Source of the DNA: Maritimibacter sp.
GTDB taxonomy: Bacteria > Pseudomonadota > Alphaproteobacteria > Rhodobacterales > Rhodobacteraceae
Assembly: GCA_020441205.1 (NCBI GenBank)
Contig: JAGRMO010000044.1
Span: 1-51,922 of the forward strand
Length of the DNA: 51,922 bases
Direction: 5' to 3'
Positions 1 through 9,226 of this stretch are shown one piece after another; position 1 is the stretch's first letter; each line of letters begins with the position of its first letter. The notes under the pieces were generated by a model. It saw nothing but the letters and a program-made list of their open reading frames with translations. It was not told where the DNA came from and searched no databases. Made by a program: the position numbers and the translations under genes.

Positions 1-1
1 C

Positions 2-928
2 TGGCGCGGCTATCACGGCTCGGGGCTGATGACCGGCTCGCTTACCGGGCTCGAGCTGTTCCACAAGGCGTTCGATCTGCCGCTGTCGCAGGTCGTCCAC
101 ACCACCGCGCCCTATTACTTCCGCCGCGACGATCTCGGCCAGTCGGAGGCGGCGTTCGTCGCGCAATGCGTGGCCGATCTGGAGGCGCTGATCGCCCGCG
201 AGGGGGCCGACACGATAGCCGCGATGATCGGCGAGCCGGTGCTCGGCACGGGGGGCATCGTGCCGCCGCCCGCGGGCTACTGGGAGGCGATCCAGGCGGT
301 GCTGGAGCGGCACGATATCCTGCTCATCGCCGACGAGGTGGTGACCGGGTTCGGCCGGCTCGGCTCGATGTTCGGCTCGGTCCATTACGGGATCAGGCCC
401 GACATCATCACCATCGCCAAGGGGCTCACCTCGGCCTATGCGCCGCTGTCGGGCTCGATCATTTCCGACAAGGTCTGGAAGGTGCTGGAGCAGGGGACCG
501 ACCGGCTCGGGCCGATCGGCCACGGCTGGACCTACTCGGCCCATCCGATCGGCGCGGCCGCCGGGGTGGCCAATCTCAAGCTGATCGACGCGCTCGGGCT
601 GGTGCAGAACGCGGGCGCGACCGGCGCCTATTTCCGCGAGTTGATGACGCAGGCGCTGGGCGATCACCCGCATGTCGGCGAGATTCGCGGCGAGGGGATG
701 CTCTGCGCGCTCGAGTTCGTCGCCGACCGCGACGACCGGCGGTTCTTCGAGGCCTCGGAAAAGGTCGGCTACCGGGTCGCCGCGGCGCTGCTCAAGGAAG
801 GCGTGATCGGCCGGGCGATGCCGCAGGGCGACATCCTCGGCTTCGCGCCGCCGCTCGTGCTCAGCCGCGATGAGGCGGCGACCATCGTCGCGGCGACGGC
901 GAAAGCGGTGCACGAGGTGCTGGGCTAG
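2..928 (+). CDS. Class III PLP-dependent aminotransferase, 5'-partial (DoeD/omega-transaminase-like)
   Basis: Frame is open from the window edge ([16 protein letters not shown]). Motifs [31 protein letters not shown] lysine in [15 protein letters not shown], and [10 protein letters not shown]. Confidence 0.9.
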   Translation, partial: WRGYHGSGLMTGSLTGLELFHKAFDLPLSQVVHTTAPYYFRRDDLGQSEAAFVAQCVADLEALIAREGADTIAAMIGEPVLGTGGIVPPPAGYWEAIQAVLERHDILLIADEVVTGFGRLGSMFGSVHYGIRPDIITIAKGLTSAYAPLSGSIISDKVWKVLEQGTDRLGPIGHGWTYSAHPIGAAAGVANLKLIDALGLVQNAGATGAYFRELMTQALGDHPHVGEIRGEGMLCALEFVADRDDRRFFEASEKVGYRVAAALLKEGVIGRAMPQGDILGFAPPLVLSRDEAATIVAATAKAVHEVLG

Positions 929-1095
929 TTCCACGTCGAATGCGGATTATTGTTTTGATTTCGGAAACGATTCAACGACTGCCTCTAATCCATTGAAATT
1001 GCGCCGTTGTCTCCGACGGGCGCGTCGAGCGGTTGCCGCCTCAACGGATGGGATTCGGCTCGATTGTTTCCAAAACAGAACCAGTGGACCCCGTC

Positions 1096-1138
1096 CCCGC
1101 GGCCGCGCGATGTGTCCCGCCATCGTCGCGGCCGCGGG
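1096..1138. terminator. GC-rich stem-loop between convergent genes (candidate terminator)
   Basis: cccgcggccgcg-cgatg pairs with catcg-t-cgcggccgcggg. Lies about 25 nt past the HlyD stop, facing the aminotransferase 3' end. No U-tract. Confidence 0.4.
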
Positions 1139-1162
1139 CCCCTCGGGCACCACCCCCGGGGA

Positions 1163-2536
1163 TCAGTTCTCCCTGAACGCGCGTTGCATCGAATCCGTCA
1201 TCGGTTTCATCAGGTATTGCAGGAAGGTGCGTTCGGCGGTCTGGATCATCACCTGCACCGGCATCCCCGGCACCGGGGTAAAGCCGGAAACCCGGTCGAG
1301 CTCGCTCACCGGGATCTGGATGCGGGCGACGTAGATCTCCTGGCCCTGGCCGCCGGTATCCTGCACCACGGCGTCGGCGGAGAGGTAGAAGACCTCGCCG
1401 TTCAGCACCGGGGTGGTGCGCCGGTTGAGCGCGGTCAGCATCACGCCGGCGGGCTGGCCAACCTTGACTGCGTCGATATCGGTGCGCGCGACGGTGGTCT
1501 CGATGATCAGCGGCACGTCGGTGGGCAGGATCTCGGCGATGACCTTGCCGGGCTCGATCACGCCGCCGACGGAGGAATAGTTGAGCCGCACCACGGTGCC
1601 TGCGACCGGGGCGGCGACGACGACGCGGTTCAGCACCGATTGGGCGTCGCGCTCCTTCTCGCGCACGGTGTCGAGCTCGCCCTGGACGGTCTCCAGCTCG
1701 TCGAGCGCGGCCTGGCGGTAGGTGTCGAGCGCCTGGCGCTTCTGAGCCTCGTATTTGGCGATCATCTCGCGGTTCTCGGCGACCTCGGCCTCGATCCGGC
1801 CGAACTGGCCCTCGGCATCGGCCAGCGCGCGTTCGATGGCGTTGAGCTCGGAGCGGCGCACGAGGCCACGGTCGAGCAGGGCGGCCTTCGCCGCGCGGTC
1901 TTCGTCGAGCAGGGCGATCTGCTTGGCCAGCGCTTCGTATTGGGCGTCGTAGCCCCGGATGCGCTGGTCGAGCACGGCGATGTTGCGGGCGATGAGGTCG
2001 ATGTCGTTCTCGAGCTGGGTGCGGGCGACGGTGAAGGACAGAAGCTGGTTGTCGAGGATGGTCTCGACCTCGGGGTCGACGGGGCCGTCGAGGAGGTGAG
2101 AGGGGAACAGGAGCTGCGGTTCGGCCTCGTATTCGGCGAGGATGCGGGCCTCCATCGCCTCGAGCCGCACCCGGCGCAGGAAAAAGGCGCGCTGGGCGGC
2201 GAGCGCCGAGGTCTGGTCGAGCCGCAACAGAGGCTGGCCGGCGATCACCCGGTCGCCCTCGGCCACGTCGATCTCGGTGATGATACCGCCTTCGAGGTGC
2301 TGGATCAGCTTGTTGCGGCCGGTGGCGACGAATGAACCGGGCGACATCACCGCGGCGGCAAGCGGCGCCGTCACCGCCCAGGTGCCGAAGCCGCCGAAAG
2401 AGGCGAGCACGATCAGGATGCCCGCGATCACATGGGTGCGCACGCCGCGCGGCACGTCGGCATCCCAGCCGTCGTCGGCCCGGGGCCTGCGGGCGGGGGC
2501 CGGGTTGGGGGCGGGCAGGGTGAGGTGGCCGCTCAT
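1163..2536 (-). CDS. HlyD-family type I secretion periplasmic adaptor (membrane fusion protein)
   Basis: N-terminal TM helix (AGILIVLASFGGFGTWA), IQHLEGGIITEIDVAEGDRV, long coiled coil, VVAAPVAGTV, PGMPVQVMIQTAERTFLQYLMKP. 4-bp overlap with the ABC gene. Confidence 0.93.
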   Translation of the reverse strand: MSGHLTLPAPNPAPARRPRADDGWDADVPRGVRTHVIAGILIVLASFGGFGTWAVTAPLAAAVMSPGSFVATGRNKLIQHLEGGIITEIDVAEGDRVIAGQPLLRLDQTSALAAQRAFFLRRVRLEAMEARILAEYEAEPQLLFPSHLLDGPVDPEVETILDNQLLSFTVARTQLENDIDLIARNIAVLDQRIRGYDAQYEALAKQIALLDEDRAAKAALLDRGLVRRSELNAIERALADAEGQFGRIEAEVAENREMIAKYEAQKRQALDTYRQAALDELETVQGELDTVREKERDAQSVLNRVVVAAPVAGTVVRLNYSSVGGVIEPGKVIAEILPTDVPLIIETTVARTDIDAVKVGQPAGVMLTALNRRTTPVLNGEVFYLSADAVVQDTGGQGQEIYVARIQIPVSELDRVSGFTPVPGMPVQVMIQTAERTFLQYLMKPMTDSMQRAFREN

Positions 2537-4425
2537 GCGGGGGCTCCTTCGGCTTCGAGAACGGCGGCGCCGGCACCGCCGCTTTGGCTGCCGGTCTGGG
2601 CGGCGGCGAGGCGGGCGGCCTTGGCCGATTTCATCTTCTGCAGCTCGGCGAGGATCTGGTCGCGCCAGCCGAACATCGAGATGTTGCCGTTGTTGAGCGC
2701 CATGATCTTGTCGACCGCCGTCAGCACCGTGGGCTTCTGGGTGATGACGATGGTGGTGATGCGGTTGGCGCGGGCTTGGCCGAGGGCGCGCACGAGGGCG
2801 GCGTCGCCATTGCTGTCGAGGTTGGAGTTCGGCTCGTCGAGGACGAGGAACTTCGGGTCGCCGAAGAAGGCGCGGGCAAGGCCGATGCGCTGCTTCTGTC
2901 CTCCCGAGAGCGGCGCGCCATCGGCGGCGACGATGGTCTCGTAGCCCTGCGGCAGCGAGGCGATCATCTCGTGGACATCGGCCAGTACGGCGGCGCGGTG
3001 GATCTCGGCGTCGGTCGCGTCGGGGCGCATCCGGGCAATGTTGGCCTTGATCGTGCCGGGGAAGAGTTGGACGTCCTGCGGCAGGTAGCCGACGATCTCG
3101 CCGAGTTGGCGCGGCTCCCAGTTGCGCAGGTCCATGAGGTCGAGCCGCACGGCGCCGGAGGTGGGCAGGAGCGAGCCCACCAGCATCTTGCCGAGCGTGG
3201 TCTTGCCGGCGCCGGAATTGCCGATGATGGCGAGGCTTTCGCCGGCGCCGATCGAGAAGGTGAGGGCGTTCAGCACCACGCTCTTGGTGCCGGCGGGGAC
3301 GTAGAGCAGGCGTTCGACGTCGAGGCGGCCCTCGGGGTTCGGCAGGCGCAGCCGGTCGTTCGACCTTGCCGAACGGGCGAGCAGGGCGGTCACGCGCTCA
3401 TAGGCGCCCCGGGCAGTAAGGAAGCTGTTCCAGCCCTCGATCGAGCCCTCGATCGGCGACAGGGCGCGTCCGGCGACGATCGAGGCGGCGATCACCATGC
3501 CGCCGGTCAGCTCGCCTTCCAGCGCCAGCCAGGCGCCCCAGCCGAGCATCCCGATCTGGGCGAGCAGGCGGAAGAACTTGGAGACGGCGGCGGTGAGGAT
3601 GTTGCGATCCTGCGCCTTCACCTGGGCGTTCAGCGACTGGACGATGTCGGCGCCCCAGATCCGCACCGCCTCGGGGATCATCGCCATGGCGTTGATGATC
3701 TGGCTGTTGCGCGACATCGATTCGAGATGGAGGTTGGCGCGCGATTGCGCCGCGGTGGCGGCCTTGAACCCGTCCGAGGTGATCCGCTGGTTGATCCAGG
3801 CGAAGGCTGCGAGCATCAAGGCGGTGCCGATCACGATGGCGCCGAGATCGGGGTGGATGAGGAAGATCGCGAGCAGGAAGAGGGGCGTGAACGGCACGTC
3901 GAGGAACGACAGCAACGTGCCCGAGACGATGAAGGTCCGCAGCGCGTTGAGATCGCCCAACACCTGGTATTCGCGCCCGTTCGAATGCAGCGAGGCCTGG
4001 GCGGCGGCGGCGAGCACGGGGCCGCCGAGGCTCGCCGAGACGTCGACCGCGGTGCGCATCAGGATGAAGCGACGGATCGCGTCGAGCGCGGATTGCACCG
4101 CGATGGCGCCGACCACGACGAGGGTGAGCATCGCCAGCGTATCGGTCGAGCGCGAGGTGAGCACGCGGTTCGAGATCTGGAACAGGTAGATCGGCACCGC
4201 GAGGATCAGGATGTTGGTGCCCACGGTCATCAGGCCGACGAACAGCATGTTGGCGGCGAGGCGCTGGCGCACCCGCTTCAGCGTGGCGGCGTGGTCGTCG
4301 GGCGCGAGCCGGCGGTGAAACCCGGGCGTCTCGCGGCCCAGCTGCTTGCCCACGCCCGCCGCCCCCGGCTTGGCCTCGATCGTGACGGGCGCGCCCGCTC
4401 GCGCCCTTGCCTCGGTCGATGTCAT
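2533..4425 (-). CDS. Type I secretion ABC transporter permease/ATPase (PrtD-like, no C39 domain)
   Basis: LAVPIYLFQISNRVLTSRS TM domain, Walker A GNSGAGKTT, signature LSGGQKQRIGLAR, Walker B LVLDEPNSNLD. Confidence 0.93.
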   Translation of the reverse strand: MTSTEARARAGAPVTIEAKPGAAGVGKQLGRETPGFHRRLAPDDHAATLKRVRQRLAANMLFVGLMTVGTNILILAVPIYLFQISNRVLTSRSTDTLAMLTLVVVGAIAVQSALDAIRRFILMRTAVDVSASLGGPVLAAAAQASLHSNGREYQVLGDLNALRTFIVSGTLLSFLDVPFTPLFLLAIFLIHPDLGAIVIGTALMLAAFAWINQRITSDGFKAATAAQSRANLHLESMSRNSQIINAMAMIPEAVRIWGADIVQSLNAQVKAQDRNILTAAVSKFFRLLAQIGMLGWGAWLALEGELTGGMVIAASIVAGRALSPIEGSIEGWNSFLTARGAYERVTALLARSARSNDRLRLPNPEGRLDVERLLYVPAGTKSVVLNALTFSIGAGESLAIIGNSGAGKTTLGKMLVGSLLPTSGAVRLDLMDLRNWEPRQLGEIVGYLPQDVQLFPGTIKANIARMRPDATDAEIHRAAVLADVHEMIASLPQGYETIVAADGAPLSGGQKQRIGLARAFFGDPKFLVLDEPNSNLDSNGDAALVRALGQARANRITTIVITQKPTVLTAVDKIMALNNGNISMFGWRDQILAELQKMKSAKAARLAAAQTGSQSGGAGAAVLEAEGAPA

Positions 4426-4483
4426 CTCGTCCCACTCCCCATGTCATCAGCGGCCCGTGCCCCGGCCGCGCTTTCCTCGTGTG

Positions 4484-6574
4484 TCACGTCACCATGCCGC
4501 CCAGGGTGTCGAAGCTGCCCGACCCGCCGCCGCTGTCGATCATCACCAGCCCGCCCGGGTCTTCTTCGCCGCCGGGGCCGCAATCGTGGATCAGCCCGTC
4601 GGCCAGGAAGGCCACGGCTTCGGAGGCGAGCCCCGCGCCCTGGGGGCCGAGCGGCGCGTCGTCGGTGTCGTACATGCCGGCCTGGTAAAGAACGACGTCG
4701 GAATAGACGCCGTTCTGGGCCATCACCGCGCTGTCGGTGCCGTGGATGTCGAGCTTAGCCGCGTTGGCGAGAAAGTTGCCGCCGGTCGAGACCTCGATGG
4801 GGTGCAGGCCGTTCTGGGTCGCCTCGTCGATGAACAGCTGCACCGTATCGGCGTCGGCGACGATGTTGATCTGTTCGAGCCGGTAGTCGAGCACCAGATT
4901 GCCCGAGACCGTCAGCAGCATCGGCACTTCGCGGCCTTCGAGCAGCGCTTCCTCGGCGAGGGCGTTTGGGTCGAAAGCGCCGGCGCCGAGGCTGTCGAGC
5001 GCGGCGGTGCCGGCCTCGGACATCGCGACCTCGCTATCGGTGCCGTGCCAGGTGACTTCGGCCTGGTTCCACAGCAGGTTGCCGGCGGTGGCCAGGGGGC
5101 CGCCCGCGCCATCGGCATCGACAACGAGGTCGTTGTCGTGGAGCAGGTTGAGCTGGGAGATCGTGACCAAGTTCAGCATGTCGCCGCCGACGAGGATCAT
5201 GTCGTAGCCCCCCGAGAGGCCGATCTGGGTCAGGACGTTGACGAGTTCGTTGTCGCCAGTGCCGATCTCGATGCCGTAGCGTCCGGTCACGTAGGTGACC
5301 ACATCGTTGTCGACGATGAAGTTGACCTGGGTGATGTAGCTCGTGATCGTCAGATCGCCCTCGATCTCGGCCAGCCCGTAGCCCAGCCGGTCGCCGCCCG
5401 CGAAGGCGCCGGCATCCCAGCTCTGGTCCGCGTGGGTGACGCTCGCGAGGTTGTGGCCTTCCGAAACCGCCGGGGGCGCGGTGTCATCGGCGGCGGATGC
5501 GAGCGGGGCGGCGCTGTCGGGCGTCGCGTCGCGGTCGACCATCAGGTTTACCTGGGTGATCGCGGTGAGGTTGTGCACAATGCCGCCGACGACGATGACG
5601 CCCGCGTCGACCGGGGCGAGCACGCCCTGGGCCGCGTTCATCACGAAATTGCCGCCGGTGTCGATGGTCTGGGGCGCGGCGGCGAAGGGGCCGCCCAGGT
5701 CCGGGCCGAGGACGAACTGACCGGTGACGACGCCGGTGGTCTCGTCGGTGACGGCTTCGACGGCATAGGGGCCGCTCGCGGTGTCGTCCTCGTCCTCGGG
5801 CGTGTTGCGCGCTTCGAGGATCTGTTCGAGCCGGTCGGGCAGGGCCTCGGCGGCCGCGCCGTCGATCAGGATGCCAGTTTCGGGCAATGTTCCGGCGCCC
5901 GCGCTCACCAGGGTGACCGTGGCGCCCTCGGGCGCGGTCCCGGGGTCGACAGCGGCGAACGTCTCTTCGAGCGTTTCGATCTTCTCGGCGGTGCCGGCCG
6001 CGTCGGGCCGGCCGGTGAACTCGACCGGCGAGAGCGCGCCCGCGAGCGCCTTCAGCGCCGCCAGATCGGCCGCGAGCGCTTCGGGTGTGCGGGTGGCGGC
6101 GAGGTCTTCCGGCAGATCGAGCGGGCGATAGAGCAGGATGTCGCTGTCCCATGCCACGTTCTCTTCGACCGCGACGACGCCGAGCCCGCCCGGCGCGGGG
6201 AGATCGAGGATCACCGGGCCGATCTCGACATGCACCTGCTGGATGGCGGGGAAAGGCCCGGCGGGGCGGTCGAGCAGGATGTCGAGCTCGATCCCCGGGC
6301 GGTGCGGCATCTGGGCCGCAAAGATGAGCGCAGGCCCGCTCGCGTCCGGCGCGGGCTGGGTTTCGGGCCGGTAATCGGGGCGGTGAGCGCCGAACTTGTC
6401 GGCGGCAAGATCGGAGGCGATGCGAAGGGTGAGCACGACCTGTGGCGAAAGCTCTTCCTCGGGGCGCGCGGCGGCGCGGAAAGCATCGTATTGCTGACGA
6501 TAGAGCGCCTGTTCGGCATCCTGGCCGAACAGCCCGATGAAATGGGCAATGATCTCGGTATGGCGGTCCAGCAT
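4484..6574 (-). CDS. Acidic repeat protein, probable T1SS substrate (696 aa)
   Basis: Immediately upstream of and co-oriented with the ABC gene; no signal peptide; very D/E/G/N-rich. Recurrent motifs ITQVNLMVDRD, ITQVNFIVDND, ISQLNLLHDND, LEQINIVADAD alternate with TGGNFVMNAA, TGDNELVN, TAGNLLWNQA, TGGNFLANAA. Confidence 0.7.
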   Translation of the reverse strand: MLDRHTEIIAHFIGLFGQDAEQALYRQQYDAFRAAARPEEELSPQVVLTLRIASDLAADKFGAHRPDYRPETQPAPDASGPALIFAAQMPHRPGIELDILLDRPAGPFPAIQQVHVEIGPVILDLPAPGGLGVVAVEENVAWDSDILLYRPLDLPEDLAATRTPEALAADLAALKALAGALSPVEFTGRPDAAGTAEKIETLEETFAAVDPGTAPEGATVTLVSAGAGTLPETGILIDGAAAEALPDRLEQILEARNTPEDEDDTASGPYAVEAVTDETTGVVTGQFVLGPDLGGPFAAAPQTIDTGGNFVMNAAQGVLAPVDAGVIVVGGIVHNLTAITQVNLMVDRDATPDSAAPLASAADDTAPPAVSEGHNLASVTHADQSWDAGAFAGGDRLGYGLAEIEGDLTITSYITQVNFIVDNDVVTYVTGRYGIEIGTGDNELVNVLTQIGLSGGYDMILVGGDMLNLVTISQLNLLHDNDLVVDADGAGGPLATAGNLLWNQAEVTWHGTDSEVAMSEAGTAALDSLGAGAFDPNALAEEALLEGREVPMLLTVSGNLVLDYRLEQINIVADADTVQLFIDEATQNGLHPIEVSTGGNFLANAAKLDIHGTDSAVMAQNGVYSDVVLYQAGMYDTDDAPLGPQGAGLASEAVAFLADGLIHDCGPGGEEDPGGLVMIDSGGGSGSFDTLGGMVT

Positions 6575-6774
6575 CGAGTTCCCCTTGCCCCACGTCAGGC
6601 GCTCTGGGGCGCCTTGCCTGTCCCGTTTTCCGTGTCGGTCCGCCCTGTTTCGGCCTGCTATGCGGGGTCCGACCGGGGCGCCCGCGACCCTGTGCGGGCC
6701 GCAGGCGAGGGGACGCGCCCCCTGGGACTGTGGGGCAGTTGGGGGCGCGTCGGCTTCTGGGGGCCGTTCGGCCC

Positions 6775-7782
6775 TCAGCCTTCGTCGAGGTCGTAGCTCG
6801 AGGTCATGCTGCCGCCGACGACGGTGGTGTCGACGCTGTTGCCGAGCACGTTGGCACCCATGACGATGCCCTGGTTGAGGGTCACGCTCATGTGGTCCAT
6901 CCAGCCGCCGGCCTGGGCGTCGTTGGCGATGTCGATGCTGTCGTCACCGCTGCCGTTGCCCCAGTTGCCGAGGTTGCCGCCGCCGGTCGCGCCGGCGTCG
7001 CCGGCTTCGCCGCCCTTGCCGCCGCCTTCGTACTCGGACCCGCGCAGCCCGCCGAACGGCATCGGCTGCGTCGCGCCGCCGGCCGAGGCGCTGTCACCGT
7101 TCATGCCGACGCCCGGTCCGGTGGAGGCATCGCCACCGTTGTTGGTCGGGTGGAAGTTGACCGCGTTCTCGTTGTTCCAGGTGGGGGTGTTGAGCGTGTC
7201 GGCGTCGTTCAGCGTGTTGGTGCCGACGAGCACCTGGCCGACGTCATGGCCATCGCCGCCAAGCGAGCCGTTGAGGATATCGCTGAGGTCGATGTCGTCG
7301 CCCGGGTCGAATTCGATCTCGCCGCCCTTGGTGGCGACGAACATGTCGCCAATCGAGGCGCTGTCGGACAGATCGAGGTCGATCATGTCGCTGTCCATCG
7401 GCTGCAACGCGCCGAGATCGCCGCCGGCCACGTCGGCCGAGACCTTCACGTCAACCGTGGTGGTCGAGGTGTTGGCGTTGGTGTTGGCGTTGTTCGAGGT
7501 GCTGGCCAGCGTGGTCTGGGCGGCGCTCATCGCGTCGCTCGCGGTCGAACCGGCGTTGGTATTGGTGTTGGTCGAGTCCGAGGTCTGGTTCTGAGCCTGG
7601 GTGCTGTCCTGCTGTTGCTGCTGCTGTTCGCGCTGCTGCTGCTGCTCTTCCTGAGCCTGCTGCTGCATCTGGTCGAGCTGCTGCTGCTGGCCGTCCTGCT
7701 GCTGGCCGCCGCCGCTCGGCATGTCGAAGGCCGTCGGGTCGCCGCCGGTGTTCGCCTGGGCGTTTCTGTCTCTCAGTGCCAT
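6775..7782 (-). CDS. Gln/Asn/Gly-rich low-complexity protein, probable T1SS substrate (335 aa)
   Basis: GGAGAG-type RBS upstream; poly-Gln N-terminus, Asn/Thr-rich tract, Gly-rich region; motifs LVGTNTLNDAD and IVMGANVLGNSVDTTVVGG; no signal peptide. Confidence 0.72.
   Translation of the reverse strand: MALRDRNAQANTGGDPTAFDMPSGGGQQQDGQQQQLDQMQQQAQEEQQQQREQQQQQQDSTQAQNQTSDSTNTNTNAGSTASDAMSAAQTTLASTSNNANTNANTSTTTVDVKVSADVAGGDLGALQPMDSDMIDLDLSDSASIGDMFVATKGGEIEFDPGDDIDLSDILNGSLGGDGHDVGQVLVGTNTLNDADTLNTPTWNNENAVNFHPTNNGGDASTGPGVGMNGDSASAGGATQPMPFGGLRGSEYEGGGKGGEAGDAGATGGGNLGNWGNGSGDDSIDIANDAQAGGWMDHMSVTLNQGIVMGANVLGNSVDTTVVGGSMTSSYDLDEG
7609..7704 (-). repeat. Imperfect CAG trinucleotide tract encoding poly-Gln
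   Basis: Runs of ctg on the + strand translate to QQQDGQQQQLDQMQQQAQEEQQQQREQQQQQQ on the - strand. Confidence 0.8.
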
Positions 7783-8308
7783 GGTCTGCTCTCCAAATCG
7801 TTATCGGCCGGCGGCCGTCACTCTTCTCGCAAACGGTGCGCGCCTGACCGGTTTCGTTGCCGAGGTCACCCCTCGTCCCTGACCGCGACCGGACACGCCC
7901 CCCCAGGCGTCCGCTGAAATTGGCACGGGCCTGAAATGGCCGGGCCCGGTTGCGATTGCAGAGATGCCGGAATTCAACTCCGACGCGTGGAGCCTGCGAC
8001 GAATCGGACAGCGAACACAGTCGGGAATTCGGTCGATCACCCGACGACGAGTCGAAAAAAGATCATTCCGGCGGGCGAAGTATTCCGATGGTCTAGTTGT
8101 AAAACGTACTTTCGGGTTATCCACATGTCGTATTTCTGCAATGCGAAATCTTCTGGGGAAAACACCCATTATCTAGTGTTTTTTTGAGGGCTCGCCCTGT
8201 ATGTAGTGAGTCGTGCCCCGGGAGAAACGTAAACAACCCTCCGGGGCGCTCCGTGCGCAGGCCATACTCCAGGATGACTCGTCCGTTGCGGGAATAGCGA
8301 CCGAAGGC

Positions 8309-8326
8309 TGATACTCATTCGTATCA
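8309..8326. promoter_or_regulatory. Inverted repeat TGATAC-N6-GTATCA in a divergent promoter region (candidate operator)
   Basis: Perfect 6-bp arms inside the AT-enriched 7783-8479 intergenic region, about 150 nt upstream of the LuxR gene. Confidence 0.3.
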
Positions 8327-8479
8327 ATGTCTGCTACCCTTAGGATTGATTATCGAAGTTGGTTTTCGCATAGGCCCGGTTCCGCGGCGCAGTGGTGGCG
8401 CCCGGTTAACCAACTGATTGATGGGTTGTTTCGATATCTTGGGGGGCCGGTCGACTGGCCTTCCTGGGGGGTGTGAAAA

Positions 8480-9226
8480 ATGACAGATCAACCGACGGAC
8501 GACACGGATGTGTGGTCCCGGCCTACCATTTATTTCGTCGGACCCGGCGCCCAGTTTTCCAATGTCGTGCTCCGGACAGTCGAAACCGAGCTGAACGGAC
8601 CGACCCGGCGGGTGCCGGACCTCAATGCGCTTCGTTTCGCGTTTTCGGTCGAGACCGCGAGCCGGGCGGCGCCCCGGATGGTGCTCGTCCACATCAGCCA
8701 GGTCAAAGACCTGCTCCACGATCTCCGAATGGCGGCGGATTACCTGCCCAGGGGGCCGCTGGCGGTGGCCTTTGAGGAGGACCAGGCGGCGCGGGCGCTG
8801 TTCGGGCGCGAGTGCGACGACCTCTTGCGCTGGCAGCTCAGTCTTCTGCCGATGAACACCAACATCACCAACTGGATCCGGCTCCTGCAGCTGATCGAGA
8901 GCGGCGGTCATTACGTGCCGCCCGAGGTGATGGGTGGGCGGGCGCGGCCGGCGGCCAGCGCCGAGCCGCCGGTCTCGCAGATCGGGTCGGGGGCGGGGTT
9001 CGCCTCGCCGAACGGGGCGACGAATGCGCAGGACGCGCTGACGCCGCGCGAAGCGGAGGTGCTGTCGATGGCGGCGGCGGGCAGTCCCAACAAGATGATC
9101 GCCAACCAGCTCCAGCTCTCGGAGCACACGGTCAAGCTCTACATGCACCGGATCATCGGCAAGCTCGGGGTGAAGAACCGCACCGAGGCGGCGATCTGGT
9201 ATCATCGCAACGACCAGCATGGCTGA
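8480..9226 (+). CDS. LuxR/NarL-family transcriptional regulator with a degenerate receiver-like N-domain
   Basis: C-terminal HTH LTPREAEVLSMAAAGSPNKMIANQLQLSEHTVKLYMHRIIGKLGVKNRTEAA; ...LQLIESGGHYVPPE linker; N-domain lacks the acidic phosphoacceptor residues. Confidence 0.88.
   Translation: MTDQPTDDTDVWSRPTIYFVGPGAQFSNVVLRTVETELNGPTRRVPDLNALRFAFSVETASRAAPRMVLVHISQVKDLLHDLRMAADYLPRGPLAVAFEEDQAARALFGRECDDLLRWQLSLLPMNTNITNWIRLLQLIESGGHYVPPEVMGGRARPAASAEPPVSQIGSGAGFASPNGATNAQDALTPREAEVLSMAAAGSPNKMIANQLQLSEHTVKLYMHRIIGKLGVKNRTEAAIWYHRNDQHG

Noticed and set aside
4484-7782. RTX toxin or adhesin as the T1SS cargo
   Set aside because: No tandem GGxGxDxL nonapeptides; at most one degenerate copy (GSGDDSI).
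7921-7936. Sigma-54 promoter (TGGCACG)
   Set aside because: The -12 TTGC element is missing (reads TGAA), and the site points away from the nearest gene.
8406-8420. CtrA box (TTAA-N7-TTAA)
   Set aside because: Only one TTAAC half-site; the second half does not match at the required spacing.
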